From Candidatus Vogelbacteria bacterium RIFOXYB1_FULL_42_16 (GTDB taxonomy: Bacteria > Patescibacteriota > Minisyncoccia > Phycocordibacterales > XYD1-FULL-46-19), in assembly GCA_001823055.1 (NCBI GenBank), contig MHTH01000005.1, forward strand, positions 34,667-98,666: a stretch of DNA of 64,000 bases. Direction: 5' to 3'. Below are positions 27,803 through 38,170 of this stretch, piece after piece. The notes under the pieces are model-generated. The model was not told the origin of the DNA, searched no databases, and saw only the letters and a list, made by a program, of their open reading frames with translations. How positions within the stretch are numbered: position 1 is the first letter of the stretch; the number at the start of each line of letters is the position of its first letter. The position numbers and the translations under genes are program-made.

Positions 27803-28902
27803 CCAGAAAGTTAAAGATTGGTTATGTCACCACTTCCTTATCTTCCATTGATGGTTGGGGACGTTATTCTAAGTCGCTAGTAGAAGCTGTCTCAACCAAA
27901 GCCGAGACGATAGTCTTAACGGCCAACAGATCAAATAATGAATCAAAAAAAAATATTTCTGTTTATGATGTTTTACCAGTACCAAGTTTTCATCCCGTAG
28001 TTCAACTTAAAGTTTTATGGTATTCCTTGGTATATTTTCGAAAATGTGATGTTGTCCATAGTTTAGTGGAAGCTTATTCGCCCGGTCTAGCTCTCGCTTC
28101 TTATTTATTGGGTAGTAAATTGATCATGACTCTTCATGGCACCTATGCTGTTCCGCCCACCAAATTTTCTATTAAAAAATTGCTAATGAGAATTGCTTAT
28201 AGCCGTGTTTTAATTGCGACTACCGGCTCAAAATATACCGAACAAAAGGTTCGAGAAATAGTTAATTTTGGTGAATGTCGTTTTATTCCCAACGGTGTTG
28301 ACGATCAGATTTTTTATCGCTTGCCAGAAGCGAGAAATGAAAATTATTTAATTACTGTGGGGGCTCTAAAAGCGCGTAAGGGCGCGGATTTAGTCGTTAG
28401 ATCCATGCCCTTATTAATACATCAATTTCCTAATCTAAAATATAAAATTGTTGGTATCTCGGATGATGAGAATTTTATTAAACTTCTCCACGAACTAATC
28501 AAAAAAAATAATCTAGAAAATCGAGTAGAATTATTAGGTCGAGTTGATGATAGCGATTTACGTGCACTCTATAATAATGCCAGTGTTTTTATCTTGGCGG
28601 CTCGTGATAGTGGCGGAAATTTTGAAGGTTTCCCCATGGTTTTTTATGAAGCAAATGCTTGTGGTGTTCCAGTTATTACCACTAAAGGTTTTGGCTCAGA
28701 ATATGCCATTAAAAATGGGCAAAATGGTTTTGTGGTTGAGCCAGATAGTCCAGAAGCTATTGCCTTGGCGGTTAAAAAAATTATGGCCAGCGAAGAAGCT
28801 TATAATTCTTTTCAAAGAGCCTCTTTGCAGGAAGCTGCTCGACATACTTGGGTCAAGATTGCTGACCGTATTTTAGAGATGTATCGAGACGCCAGCAAGT
28901 AA
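27799..28902 (+). CDS. Glycosyltransferase family 4
   Basis: VGALKARKG; EGFPMVFYEANACG. Confidence 0.92.
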   Translation: MTRKLKIGYVTTSLSSIDGWGRYSKSLVEAVSTKAETIVLTANRSNNESKKNISVYDVLPVPSFHPVVQLKVLWYSLVYFRKCDVVHSLVEAYSPGLALASYLLGSKLIMTLHGTYAVPPTKFSIKKLLMRIAYSRVLIATTGSKYTEQKVREIVNFGECRFIPNGVDDQIFYRLPEARNENYLITVGALKARKGADLVVRSMPLLIHQFPNLKYKIVGISDDENFIKLLHELIKKNNLENRVELLGRVDDSDLRALYNNASVFILAARDSGGNFEGFPMVFYEANACGVPVITTKGFGSEYAIKNGQNGFVVEPDSPEAIALAVKKIMASEEAYNSFQRASLQEAARHTWVKIADRILEMYRDASK

Positions 28903-28907
28903 ATTTT

Positions 28908-30005
28908 ATGATCAAAGTTTCTTTTTTATCTCCAGCGATCAATAAAGAGGATATTGATTTAGCAATTAAGTCTATTAGATCAGGTTGGCTAGCCCCTGGT
29001 CCTTATACTAAAGAGTTCGAGAATCTCTTAAACGATTTTCTTCAAGTAAAAGGAGTTGCGATGTTGAATAGTTGCACTTCAGCTCTGCATCTTTCTTTGA
29101 TTTTAGCTGGGGTAAAAACCGGAGATGAAGTGATCACCACTCCTTTGACCTATGTGGCCACCAGTAATGCCATTCTTCATTGTGGAGCTACCCCAATTTT
29201 TGTGGACGTTGATTCAAAAACCGGTTTATTGGATTTGAAAAAAATTGAAAAAAAAATAACAAAAAAAACCAAAGCAATTATTCCTGTTCATCTCTATGGA
29301 CAAATGATTAATATGCGTCGCCTAAAAAAAATTGCCGACAAATATCATCTAAAAATTATTGAAGATGCCGCTCATGCCCTCGAAGCTTCGAGAGATGGTT
29401 ATCGTCCCGGACAGCTTGGTTTCGCTGCCTGTTTTAGTTTCCATGCCGCTAAAAATATCACTTCTGGTCAAGGTGGAGCCCTAGCTAGTCGTTTTTTGTC
29501 AAATATTACACAAACAAAAATTCTTCGCCGAGATGGTGTAATCAACAAAAATGACAAACGTCTTATGGTTGATTTTGGTTATAAATATGATACAGCTGAT
29601 TATCAAGCAGCCCTTTTAATTGGTCAATTAAAAAGAATCAAACATCTTCATCGTGAAAGGCAGATCATCTATCATCGTTACGAAAAAGCTTTTGCTGGTA
29701 CTATGGTTAATTTCCCTAAAATTGAAAATGGCGTCGTTCATTCTTATCATATGTTTGTTGCTCTCGTTGATTTCAAAAAACGAGATCGGATAAGAAAAAT
29801 TTTATCTCAAAAGGGGATTGAAACTTCCATCCATTATTCCCCAGTTCATTTAGAACCATATTATCGAAAAACTTTTGGCTACAAAAAAGGAGATTTTCCG
29901 GTCGCTGAAAAATTAGGTTCGATGATCATTACGCTACCAACTTACGGAAACTTAAGTCTCAAACAACAGAATTATATTATCAATAATCTCTTAAATTTGG
30001 TCTAG
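28908..30005 (+). CDS. DegT/DnrJ/EryC1/StrS sugar aminotransferase
   Basis: NSCTSALH, PVHLYG, IEDAAHA, SFHAAKNITSGQGG (PLP Lys retained). Confidence 0.93.
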   Translation: MIKVSFLSPAINKEDIDLAIKSIRSGWLAPGPYTKEFENLLNDFLQVKGVAMLNSCTSALHLSLILAGVKTGDEVITTPLTYVATSNAILHCGATPIFVDVDSKTGLLDLKKIEKKITKKTKAIIPVHLYGQMINMRRLKKIADKYHLKIIEDAAHALEASRDGYRPGQLGFAACFSFHAAKNITSGQGGALASRFLSNITQTKILRRDGVINKNDKRLMVDFGYKYDTADYQAALLIGQLKRIKHLHRERQIIYHRYEKAFAGTMVNFPKIENGVVHSYHMFVALVDFKKRDRIRKILSQKGIETSIHYSPVHLEPYYRKTFGYKKGDFPVAEKLGSMIITLPTYGNLSLKQQNYIINNLLNLV

Positions 30006-30006
30006 A

Positions 30007-30735
30007 ATGAAAAAAATTATTAAAAAAATTTTTAAGCCGATCTATAATTTTATGGTTAATCCTCGTCAGCGCGAGATTTTTTCTAAATCGATTTTAAGAT
30101 ATATGTTTTTACCAACTCCCAATCGAAAAGACGATATTCTTTCTTTGGTGATGGGTTTTGCTAATTTTACTGGTCCGAAAGGGGATTATTTAGAATTTGG
30201 AGTCTGGAAAGGTGGTAGTCTATGCGCGGCTTTTTATCAAGCGAAAGGAAAACCTAATTTACAAAAAATGCGGTTTTATGCTTTTGATTCATTTGAAGGT
30301 TTACCAGCGGTCGAAGGATTAGATGCCCAATCAGATGATTTTTCTAAGGGAGAATATGCTTGCAGTTTGGAAGGAGTTAAAGCTAACTTAAAAGATTGGG
30401 GAGTTGATCTTAATAGGTTCGAATTCATTAAAGGTTGGTTTAAAGATACTTTAAACGAAGAAACAAGAAAAAGCTTAAAAATTAAAACAGCTGCGGTGGT
30501 TTATATCGACAGCGATCTTTATGAATCTGCTTGTCTCGTCCTTGATTTTATTACTCCCTATATCGCCGATGGCACAATTTTAATTTTTGATGACTGGTAC
30601 TGTTTTAAGGGTCATCCTGATCGAGGGGAACAAAAAGCTTTTAAAGAATGGTTGGAAAAAAATCAAAAATGGCAGGCTACTCCTTACCATCAATTTGGCT
30701 GGATGGGTCATTCTTTTATTATTAACGAAAAATGA
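30007..30735 (+). CDS. TylF/MycF/NovP-family O-methyltransferase
   Basis: GDYLEFGVWKGGS, FDSFEGLP, KGWFKDTL, IDSDLYES, FDDW. Confidence 0.9.
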   Translation: MKKIIKKIFKPIYNFMVNPRQREIFSKSILRYMFLPTPNRKDDILSLVMGFANFTGPKGDYLEFGVWKGGSLCAAFYQAKGKPNLQKMRFYAFDSFEGLPAVEGLDAQSDDFSKGEYACSLEGVKANLKDWGVDLNRFEFIKGWFKDTLNEETRKSLKIKTAAVVYIDSDLYESACLVLDFITPYIADGTILIFDDWYCFKGHPDRGEQKAFKEWLEKNQKWQATPYHQFGWMGHSFIINEK

Positions 30736-32141
30736 GAACAGTTTTTTTAGCGGTCTACCATCCCTATTCTTCGAGGAATGTTTTAAGTAACGGTATGGTG
30801 GAAAATTTGATTGCTCAGAAAGATATCCGAGTCGTGGTTTTTTGTCAGGCAATAAAAAAAGATTTTTTTGTCGCTAATTACAGCCAAGATAGAATTATTA
30901 TTGAATCTTTTTCTGATGATCGTAAGACTTTTTTTTCTTCAGTTAGTATGTTTTTTGACCGATGGACGACTTGGATGTTGCCAACTTTTACTATTGGCTT
31001 AAGAATGCGAGAAAAATTATACCGTCGTAAGAATTTAAAATCATTCATTATCTTTTTTTTGGAAAGCGCTTGCTTTTTGCTGGGTCGATTTAAAATCTGG
31101 CGCCGATTTGTTCGCTGGCTAGATTATCGTCTGGCAGATAAAAGTTTTCTGGATGATTTTATAGATAAATATCAACCAGACTTATTTTTAGCATCTGATA
31201 TATTTTCACCGGAAGAAACCATGTTTATGATGGCTTGTCGGGCAAAAAAAATCCCCATTATTTCAATGGTGCGATCTTGGGATGGGACGACCAATAAACG
31301 TATTTTTAGGATTTTGCCAGACTATCTTTTAGCCAGTAATCTTTTTATAAAAAATGAGGCAATTAAATACCATGATATGTCCGCTAATAAGATTTTTGTG
31401 ACTGGTATGCCCCAATACGATCTTTATTGCCAATATCTGGAAAAAATCAAAAAAGAAACTCCGGTAGATGTTGTTAAAGCCAAAGATAATTTTTTTCGCA
31501 CCATGGGTCTTGATCCTCTTAAGAGATTAATTCTTTTTGCTCCTGCTGGCGACTATCTGACAGATATTGATTGGCAAATTCTAGAGATAATCAAACAAGC
31601 GCAGGGTTCTGGTCGTCTCCCGAACGATATCCAGTTTTTAGTTCGGCAACATCCCAGTCTGCCAGCGAATCTGTCTCGTTTTAGTGGCGGAAAAAATTTT
31701 ATTATTGAGAAACCACCTGGCGCTCATTTTACATCCAGATATCGAATGACAGAAATGGACAAGGACAGTGTCGAGCATCTTTGCGATTCATTGCGTTTCT
31801 CTGATGTCTTGATTCAGTTTTCTTCCACGATTGGCTTGGATGCGTGTGTTTTTGATTTACCGCAAATAATGGTTGCTTTTGATGGTTGGGAGAACAAACC
31901 CTACATCGATAGTGTTAAACGTTATCATGATGAGATAAATATGAAGTATTTTATTTCTCTTAAACCAGCTGTCGTTGCTAAAAATGAACAGGAAATGATC
32001 GATTCCATTGATATCTATCTGAAAAATCGATTCCTGAACAGTGAAGGTCGGACTCAAGCGATAAAAGATATAATTTTTTTATTTGATGGTTTTTGCGCCC
32101 AGAGAATAAGTGATTTTATTCTAAAAAAACTACCGGCCTAA
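30732..32141 (+). CDS. GT-B fold transferase (CDP-glycerol glycerophosphotransferase / ulosonic-acid transferase-like)
   Basis: SWD, TGMPQYD, RQHP, STIGLDA motifs; next to neuA. Confidence 0.55.
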   Translation: MRTVFLAVYHPYSSRNVLSNGMVENLIAQKDIRVVVFCQAIKKDFFVANYSQDRIIIESFSDDRKTFFSSVSMFFDRWTTWMLPTFTIGLRMREKLYRRKNLKSFIIFFLESACFLLGRFKIWRRFVRWLDYRLADKSFLDDFIDKYQPDLFLASDIFSPEETMFMMACRAKKIPIISMVRSWDGTTNKRIFRILPDYLLASNLFIKNEAIKYHDMSANKIFVTGMPQYDLYCQYLEKIKKETPVDVVKAKDNFFRTMGLDPLKRLILFAPAGDYLTDIDWQILEIIKQAQGSGRLPNDIQFLVRQHPSLPANLSRFSGGKNFIIEKPPGAHFTSRYRMTEMDKDSVEHLCDSLRFSDVLIQFSSTIGLDACVFDLPQIMVAFDGWENKPYIDSVKRYHDEINMKYFISLKPAVVAKNEQEMIDSIDIYLKNRFLNSEGRTQAIKDIIFLFDGFCAQRISDFILKKLPA

Positions 32142-32854
32142 GTTGGCAGTTTTTTTAGGATTTTCATTTTTTGTCGGCAAATAAAAAGATCTTCTGGTGT
32201 GTTAATATCGGCATTATAAAAATCATCCATAACATAAAGCTCTACTTTATTACCATAAAGATTTGGTTTTTTCTCGAGGAGATTTTTAGGTTTAAGTAAA
32301 TAAATCATATCATTACGCGAATAACATGGTGGTAAATCTTGGCTGCGGGTGATAATTTTAGTTAATGGTTGGCCGGTAAATAGAATACATTTTCCCTGGC
32401 TATCTTTTTTAAGAATCCAGTGCGGATTAGCATTAGCTTTAGCCTCAATTACTGATACCACTGAATCTGACCTTGTGTTTTTAAAGATTTCTATCGCTTC
32501 ATTAATATGTTTGGGTAATCGTAGGGGGGAAGTGGGCATCAATAAAGCAATCGCATCAGGCTGATAACCATTTTCCTTCTTTAACCAATTCAAAGCATGA
32601 ATCAAAACCGGCTCAATACCCAATTTGTCGCCAGCTAAATCGGCTGGTCTTAAAAAAGGCACTTCTGCTTTATAACGCTTGGCGATCCTGGCAATTTTCG
32701 GGTCATCGGTTGAAACTAATACCCGGTCTAGATGACTTTTCAAGGCGCTTTCAATTGTCCAAGCGATTAGTGGTTTGCCTCCAACCGGCTTGATGTTTTT
32801 ACCCGGTACGCGTTTGGAGCCACCTCTGGCTGGGATAATTCCTAAAATTTTCAT
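32138..32854 (-). CDS. neuA: Acylneuraminate cytidylyltransferase
   Basis: IPARGGSKRVPGKN, VSTDD, FLRPADLA, PTSPLR, DINTPED. Confidence 0.93.
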   Translation of the reverse strand: MKILGIIPARGGSKRVPGKNIKPVGGKPLIAWTIESALKSHLDRVLVSTDDPKIARIAKRYKAEVPFLRPADLAGDKLGIEPVLIHALNWLKKENGYQPDAIALLMPTSPLRLPKHINEAIEIFKNTRSDSVVSVIEAKANANPHWILKKDSQGKCILFTGQPLTKIITRSQDLPPCYSRNDMIYLLKPKNLLEKKPNLYGNKVELYVMDDFYNADINTPEDLFICRQKMKILKKLPT

Positions 32855-32872
32855 ATGGAGCTATAATACTGG

Positions 32873-33838
32873 ATGTTATCAGTCTGTGCAAACCAAATGG
32901 AAATACAAAATTGGCCCATTAATCAAGAACTTAAAAAAGAAGCCGATAATCACTATCGGACAAATTTGTCTTTGGCGATAAAAGATCAAGAGCCGTGGGA
33001 GATTATTAGCCGACTAACTTTTGATGGTGTGGCGCCAAAGCTAACCTTGATTGAGATCAAGGGTCTGTTTGATTGGGTTAATAAAAAGGTATTAAAGAAT
33101 AAATTATCTGGCATTGGTCTGGAATTGGGAGCTGGGGCTGGTTTTATGAGCGCGATTCTTGCCGATCGACCGGAAGTCCAGAAAGTCTATGCAGTTGAGG
33201 CGGTAGAAAATATCGTCAAAGAATTGGGACCGAAAATTACTAACTATGTGCTTAAAGATAAATCGGATAAGGTTATTGGTTGTATTGGCGATTTTGATAA
33301 CTTACAATTGAGTGATAATTCGATTGATTTTGTTTTTGATTTTTACTCTCTGCATCATTCGCCAGATTTGGGAAAAACTCTGAGGGGAACATCACGAGTC
33401 TTAAAAAGGGGAGGCTTCGTTTTATGTTTTGACAAGACACGAGATAATAAGTTGACGATAGATGATCTAGATAAATTACTTGATCAAGAATATAGCCGTG
33501 AAAGTAAGATTTTGATGGGGCTTAATCCTGACATTAAACATACCCGTCGACAAAATGGTGAACAAGAATACCGGTTGTCTGATTGGGAAAAGGCTTTTAA
33601 AAAAAATGGTTTTGACTGGATTGAGCATTATCACTTGGCGAGAGTGACTGGAAATTTTATTTTGCGTTTAATTAAGAAATTTATTAGTTGTCTACCGCTT
33701 TTTATTCAAATTAAAATCACAAAAATACTTTACAAAAATAAAAAGGTTAATAATTTGGAAATTTCCAATTTAGTTTTTTGTCCACCGGTACAAAATTTTC
33801 CTAAGGAGATCTCACTAATTATCGCCTATAAAAATTAG
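32873..33838 (+). CDS. Class I SAM-dependent methyltransferase
   Basis: LELGAGAG; SLHH; RVLKRGG. Confidence 0.88.
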   Translation: MLSVCANQMEIQNWPINQELKKEADNHYRTNLSLAIKDQEPWEIISRLTFDGVAPKLTLIEIKGLFDWVNKKVLKNKLSGIGLELGAGAGFMSAILADRPEVQKVYAVEAVENIVKELGPKITNYVLKDKSDKVIGCIGDFDNLQLSDNSIDFVFDFYSLHHSPDLGKTLRGTSRVLKRGGFVLCFDKTRDNKLTIDDLDKLLDQEYSRESKILMGLNPDIKHTRRQNGEQEYRLSDWEKAFKKNGFDWIEHYHLARVTGNFILRLIKKFISCLPLFIQIKITKILYKNKKVNNLEISNLVFCPPVQNFPKEISLIIAYKN

Positions 33839-33867
33839 AGCCCGTTGCGATTAATCGCAACGGGCTC
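33838..33867. terminator. Perfect 30-bp palindrome between convergent genes
   Basis: GAGCCCGTTGCGATTAATCGCAACGGGCTC. Confidence 0.6.
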
Positions 33868-33876
33868 GTGAAGTGT

Positions 33877-35484
33877 TCACAGAGATAGAATCTTCTCAAC
33901 CTGCCCCCGATTGATTAGATCGCGAGCAATCAAAAATTGGTCATCCGACATCTCGCCGTAATTGACTGGCGAGCCGTCTTTGGCCGTCAGGACCTTAGTC
34001 GCGTCGTCGAGTGACTCGACATAACGTTTCAAGTTTCGGTCGTGAACCGGTTGATTAGACCGATCAAAACTTAAACTGAAGCGTGAGGCCAGAATCTGTC
34101 TCACTTTTGGTTCGCTGAACATCGCTGTTCCCGGATAGGCCGTTGCGGTGAACATTTTCCGGTTGATTGAGGCAACTGCTCGTTCATACTCCGGCGTGCC
34201 GGAAATAAGACCCTCGGTCGCCTCTTCAGTCTGCCAGAGGATGAAAGCCACACTGGTCTTCAGGTCATTCAGCGTCTCACCGGGATAAGCCATAATCCAG
34301 GTGCAATTGGAATGGATTCCCACTTCATGACAATGTTTAATCCCGTCCACCATCGTGCGAGGAAAGGAATGACCGTTTATTTGGACAGATCCTCCCCTTA
34401 ACATAAATCCACCCTTGTTCATCCTGGTGAGGACCGAAGCGCTGGCGCTTTCGGCGCCAAAACCAATGTAGATACAACCGGCTTTGACCATCAGGGCCAA
34501 TCGATCATCCGCTTCGTCCAAACGAGTATGAGTACCCCAGAGCAGACCGACTTCACATTGAAAGCGCTCGGCCAGAATGGCTAAACGCTTCTTGTCTATG
34601 GCGAAATTGTCATCAGGAAAACCCAGAAAATCTAGCTGATAGCAATCCCGTAGCCAGACAGCTTCTTTGATTAAATCATCAGCGCTTCGATTGCGATATT
34701 TTTGTTGACCCTGAGTGCCTCGCCAACAAAAAGCGCAACCATGAGGACAGCCTCGCGAAGAAACGGTCGTCAGACTTCGGTCCATGGTGAAGGATGTGGC
34801 AGAACTGTTATTGGCACTTCCACCCCAGACCGGAGTCTGGATATAATCCTCCAACAACGGATAGCCATCAACATCTCGTTCCAATAGATCCCAGGCGGGA
34901 AATGGCAAACCATCCAGACATTTTAATCTGGTTCCGCGATAGACCTTTTTGTCGGCCAAGAATTGATGCCAAGCTTGATGACCTTGGTCTCGATGTCGTC
35001 TCACTTGTTCGGCGATGGTCAAGATGATCTCATCTCCTTCTCCCAAGACAATAGCGTTGAGATCGGTAATCCACGATAGGAGAGTTTCTCCTATCTCTGT
35101 CGCCAATCCGCCTCCGGAAATTATGAATGCTTCCGGAATTAGTTGGCGACAGATTTGAGCCACGGTCTCTTGCCAACGGAGGGTGGTAATCATCCCTGAT
35201 AGGGCAATGATCGCCGGCTCCCCGTCGCGATTAAAGTAACGAGAAATCAGATCCCCAGCTTCTCTTGCAGTTAAGTGGCGGCCATAAGACAATCCACGTT
35301 TTTTGGCTAGCTGATCGGAGATCCGATAGCCATTCAGATCGATGATACTTACTGCGGCATTACGCTGACGCAGATTAGCGGCCAATAAGCCCGGCCCTTG
35401 GGGGGGGGTATTGGGCCTGGCGTTTTCGCGCAGAGGCAGATTGATAATTGCCATCACCAATCCATCTAAGTTCCCATTGACCAT
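33877..35484 (-). CDS. B12-binding-domain radical SAM enzyme
   Basis: N-terminal cobalamin-binding-like region (GG..., GEGDE); SRGCPHGCAFC; FPDDNF; GFGAESAS; YPGET. Confidence 0.9.
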   Translation of the reverse strand: MVNGNLDGLVMAIINLPLRENARPNTPPQGPGLLAANLRQRNAAVSIIDLNGYRISDQLAKKRGLSYGRHLTAREAGDLISRYFNRDGEPAIIALSGMITTLRWQETVAQICRQLIPEAFIISGGGLATEIGETLLSWITDLNAIVLGEGDEIILTIAEQVRRHRDQGHQAWHQFLADKKVYRGTRLKCLDGLPFPAWDLLERDVDGYPLLEDYIQTPVWGGSANNSSATSFTMDRSLTTVSSRGCPHGCAFCWRGTQGQQKYRNRSADDLIKEAVWLRDCYQLDFLGFPDDNFAIDKKRLAILAERFQCEVGLLWGTHTRLDEADDRLALMVKAGCIYIGFGAESASASVLTRMNKGGFMLRGGSVQINGHSFPRTMVDGIKHCHEVGIHSNCTWIMAYPGETLNDLKTSVAFILWQTEEATEGLISGTPEYERAVASINRKMFTATAYPGTAMFSEPKVRQILASRFSLSFDRSNQPVHDRNLKRYVESLDDATKVLTAKDGSPVNYGEMSDDQFLIARDLINRGQVEKILSL

Positions 35485-35680
35485 TATTACCTACCTTTCT
35501 TTCAGGGTTGTTTGTTTGGAAGAATTTCCTTCTGGGCCTGGACTTTGTCCGTCTTTGTCAATGTTCCGATCCACAGTTCCAGCCAAACCATACTATATTT
35601 TCTTTATCATGGCAATACTTTGTTTTTTGAGGATTTAAAAGTTATAATAGGCCGTATTGTGATTTGGTATTTTAAATAAA

Positions 35681-36289
35681 ATGACGTTTCCAAGCACTGA
35701 AAATTATTCATATCTTAAACTCAGTTCAAAAAAAATACTTGCCGGCGTTAAAGCGGTGATTTTTGATTTCGATGGTGTTTTTACCGATAATCGTGTTTCT
35801 TATCTAAATGGACGGCAAGTAAAAACCCGAAGTTATTACGATGGTCAGGGGGTGTCTTTATTGAGAGCAATAGGAATAAAAGTAGCGATTATAACTGGCG
35901 AAAAAGGCATATCAGCTTCTTTGGCTAAAGAAACTGTCAAGATTTGGAATGATTTACCTTCAACAAAAAAAAATGGTTCAAGCCAATGGCCCAAGGTTGA
36001 ATTATTTTGCGGATATTATTCAAAAGATAAGGTCACCGTCGCTTCCAAATGGCTGAATAAATTAAAAATAAAACCGGAAGAATGCCTGGTCATGGGTGAT
36101 GATTTGGTTGATTTACCTCTTTTAAAGTTGGCTAATTTTAAAGCGGTACCTATTTCAGGAGAAAAAACCACCAGAGATTTGGCTGATTTTGTCAGTCGTC
36201 GACCGGGTGGTTCTGGGGCAGTCCGCGATTTAGTCAATCTTATCTTGGAAGTTAAGGGAGTTGACCCGTATTCCCTACCTCTATCTTAA
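35681..36289 (+). CDS. KdsC-like HAD phosphatase
   Basis: FDFDGVFTD, DGQG, IITG, MGDDLVD, GGSGAVRD. Confidence 0.9.
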   Translation: MTFPSTENYSYLKLSSKKILAGVKAVIFDFDGVFTDNRVSYLNGRQVKTRSYYDGQGVSLLRAIGIKVAIITGEKGISASLAKETVKIWNDLPSTKKNGSSQWPKVELFCGYYSKDKVTVASKWLNKLKIKPEECLVMGDDLVDLPLLKLANFKAVPISGEKTTRDLADFVSRRPGGSGAVRDLVNLILEVKGVDPYSLPLS

Positions 36290-36330
36290 AAAGGATTTTT
36301 TATTTAAAAACAAAAAATAGAAAAATTAAT

Positions 36331-37212
36331 ATGTCAAATCCAAAAGTTAGCATTATCATTCCCACCTATGGTCGATCCGAATATTTGAAAGATCTTATTG
36401 AATCAATAAGGAAGACTACGCCCCAAGGTAACTATGAAATCATAGTTGTTTCTTCTGATCTACCCGAATCAGAAAAAGTAAAATGGTTGTCGCAGGAGAA
36501 AGATGTCAAGATAGTATTGGCCGGCACCAGAAAAGCTTGGCAAGTGAGGAAAAATAGTTTGGCTCATTATATGAATCAAGGAGTTAAAAACTCAAATTAT
36601 GAATGGATATTTGTGGTCAATGATGATATGTTTTTTGCCCCCGACTGGTATCAGGAATTGGTAAATTTCCTAGCCGATCCCGATAATTCGAATGTTGGTA
36701 TGATTGTTGTTTCGACCCATATTGGCCATGTCAGTTATGGCCTGAGAATTCCAGTGATTGGAAAGACAAAAAAGGGCGATGGCAATTGGAAGGATTTATA
36801 CCTATCCGACTTTGCTATCGTGAAAAAAAGTGTTTTGGAAGAAATAGGTTTATGGGATGAAAAAATAAATTGGGCTGGTTACAGCACTGATGCTTCAATG
36901 GCGATTGAATTTCTAACTAATAAAGAAATTATTGCTTCAGAAAAGATAAAGCTCGACCATTTTATTGTCCGTGAAGAACGTAATGCGGAGACGATTAATG
37001 AATTTGAGGATTTCAACTATGTTAAAAGAAAATGGGATAAATTATGCCAAGAGCATAATTGTCAATATGTTTGCGACTTTGGTGGTGTTAAACCATATAC
37101 TTTCAAAAATAGGTTGGTAAATTATTTAAGGAAAAAACGGCAGATAATTTTTAGATATAAAAAATATCTAATAAAATACCTAACTCAAGTGGTTAAAAAA
37201 TGGAGAACTTAA
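36331..37212 (+). CDS. Glycosyltransferase family 2
   Basis: VSIIIPTYGR; VNDD; IGLWDE. Confidence 0.88.
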   Translation: MSNPKVSIIIPTYGRSEYLKDLIESIRKTTPQGNYEIIVVSSDLPESEKVKWLSQEKDVKIVLAGTRKAWQVRKNSLAHYMNQGVKNSNYEWIFVVNDDMFFAPDWYQELVNFLADPDNSNVGMIVVSTHIGHVSYGLRIPVIGKTKKGDGNWKDLYLSDFAIVKKSVLEEIGLWDEKINWAGYSTDASMAIEFLTNKEIIASEKIKLDHFIVREERNAETINEFEDFNYVKRKWDKLCQEHNCQYVCDFGGVKPYTFKNRLVNYLRKKRQIIFRYKKYLIKYLTQVVKKWRT

Positions 37213-37260
37213 CAACGTAAATTTTCATTTTCAATTTTAATGGTCTAGGGTAAAATTCTC

Positions 37261-38169
37261 ATGATTAGCGATAAGTGCAATTTATGCAGTAACAATATTT
37301 TTTCTTCTTATTTAAACAGCGATAAAATGTTGCGTTGCGATTCTTGCCAAGTTATTTTTTTAGCGCCGGAACAAATTCCTCATGATCTGAATAATTATTA
37401 TCAGAATAACGTCTTTTATGCTGAAAATGCTTCTAAACCAGATTTGGTTAGGGGAATGGTCAGAGCGGCGAATTTCTATCTTAAAATTATCGCAAAACAG
37501 ATAAAAAATCCTGCCGGCAAACTGTTAGTTGATGTGGGGTCAAATTATGGTATTTTGATGGAAGAAGCCGAACGCGTGGGCTTTCAAACTATTGGTTTGG
37601 AAAAAAATAACATTCTAGTCAAAAAGGGACGTCGACGTGGTCTCAATATCTCAACCGATAATCTAACCGAACTTAAAACTCTGCGACCGATTGACATTAT
37701 CACGGCGATGCATGTTTTAGAGCACCTACCAGATCCTCGCTCCTTTATCAAAGATGCTTACAAAAAATTGGCCATTGGTGGTATCTTGGTTATAGGAGTG
37801 CCGAATGTTGAAAGTCATTTGGCTAGAAAAGATGGTTTGTCTTGGCGGTATATGGCCATAGAACACCTGTTTTATTTTTCTGAGAAAACATTGCGCTCAT
37901 TGCTTGAGGCCGAAGGATTTGAAATCATCGAAATAAGGAAGGACGGCTCCAATTTAGAAGAACAGGGGATTAAGAAACTTCTTCGTTATCTTGTTGGCCA
38001 ACCAATTTTAAGAGACAGATTTCAGGTAAAAAGTCACGAAGGCCGGCAACCATTATTGGTCAGCCAGACCAATTGGCTAAAAAATATTTTTAAAAGGTTG
38101 ATTATTATAATAATTAAGGTTTTACAGCGAGAAGATTTCATTTTAATAACTAGCAGAAAAAAAGACTAA
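37261..38169 (+). CDS. Class I SAM-dependent methyltransferase with N-terminal Zn finger
   Basis: CNLC..CDSC; VDVGSNYG; HVLEHLPDP; VPN. Confidence 0.88.
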   Translation: MISDKCNLCSNNIFSSYLNSDKMLRCDSCQVIFLAPEQIPHDLNNYYQNNVFYAENASKPDLVRGMVRAANFYLKIIAKQIKNPAGKLLVDVGSNYGILMEEAERVGFQTIGLEKNNILVKKGRRRGLNISTDNLTELKTLRPIDIITAMHVLEHLPDPRSFIKDAYKKLAIGGILVIGVPNVESHLARKDGLSWRYMAIEHLFYFSEKTLRSLLEAEGFEIIEIRKDGSNLEEQGIKKLLRYLVGQPILRDRFQVKSHEGRQPLLVSQTNWLKNIFKRLIIIIIKVLQREDFILITSRKKD

Positions 38170-38170
38170 G

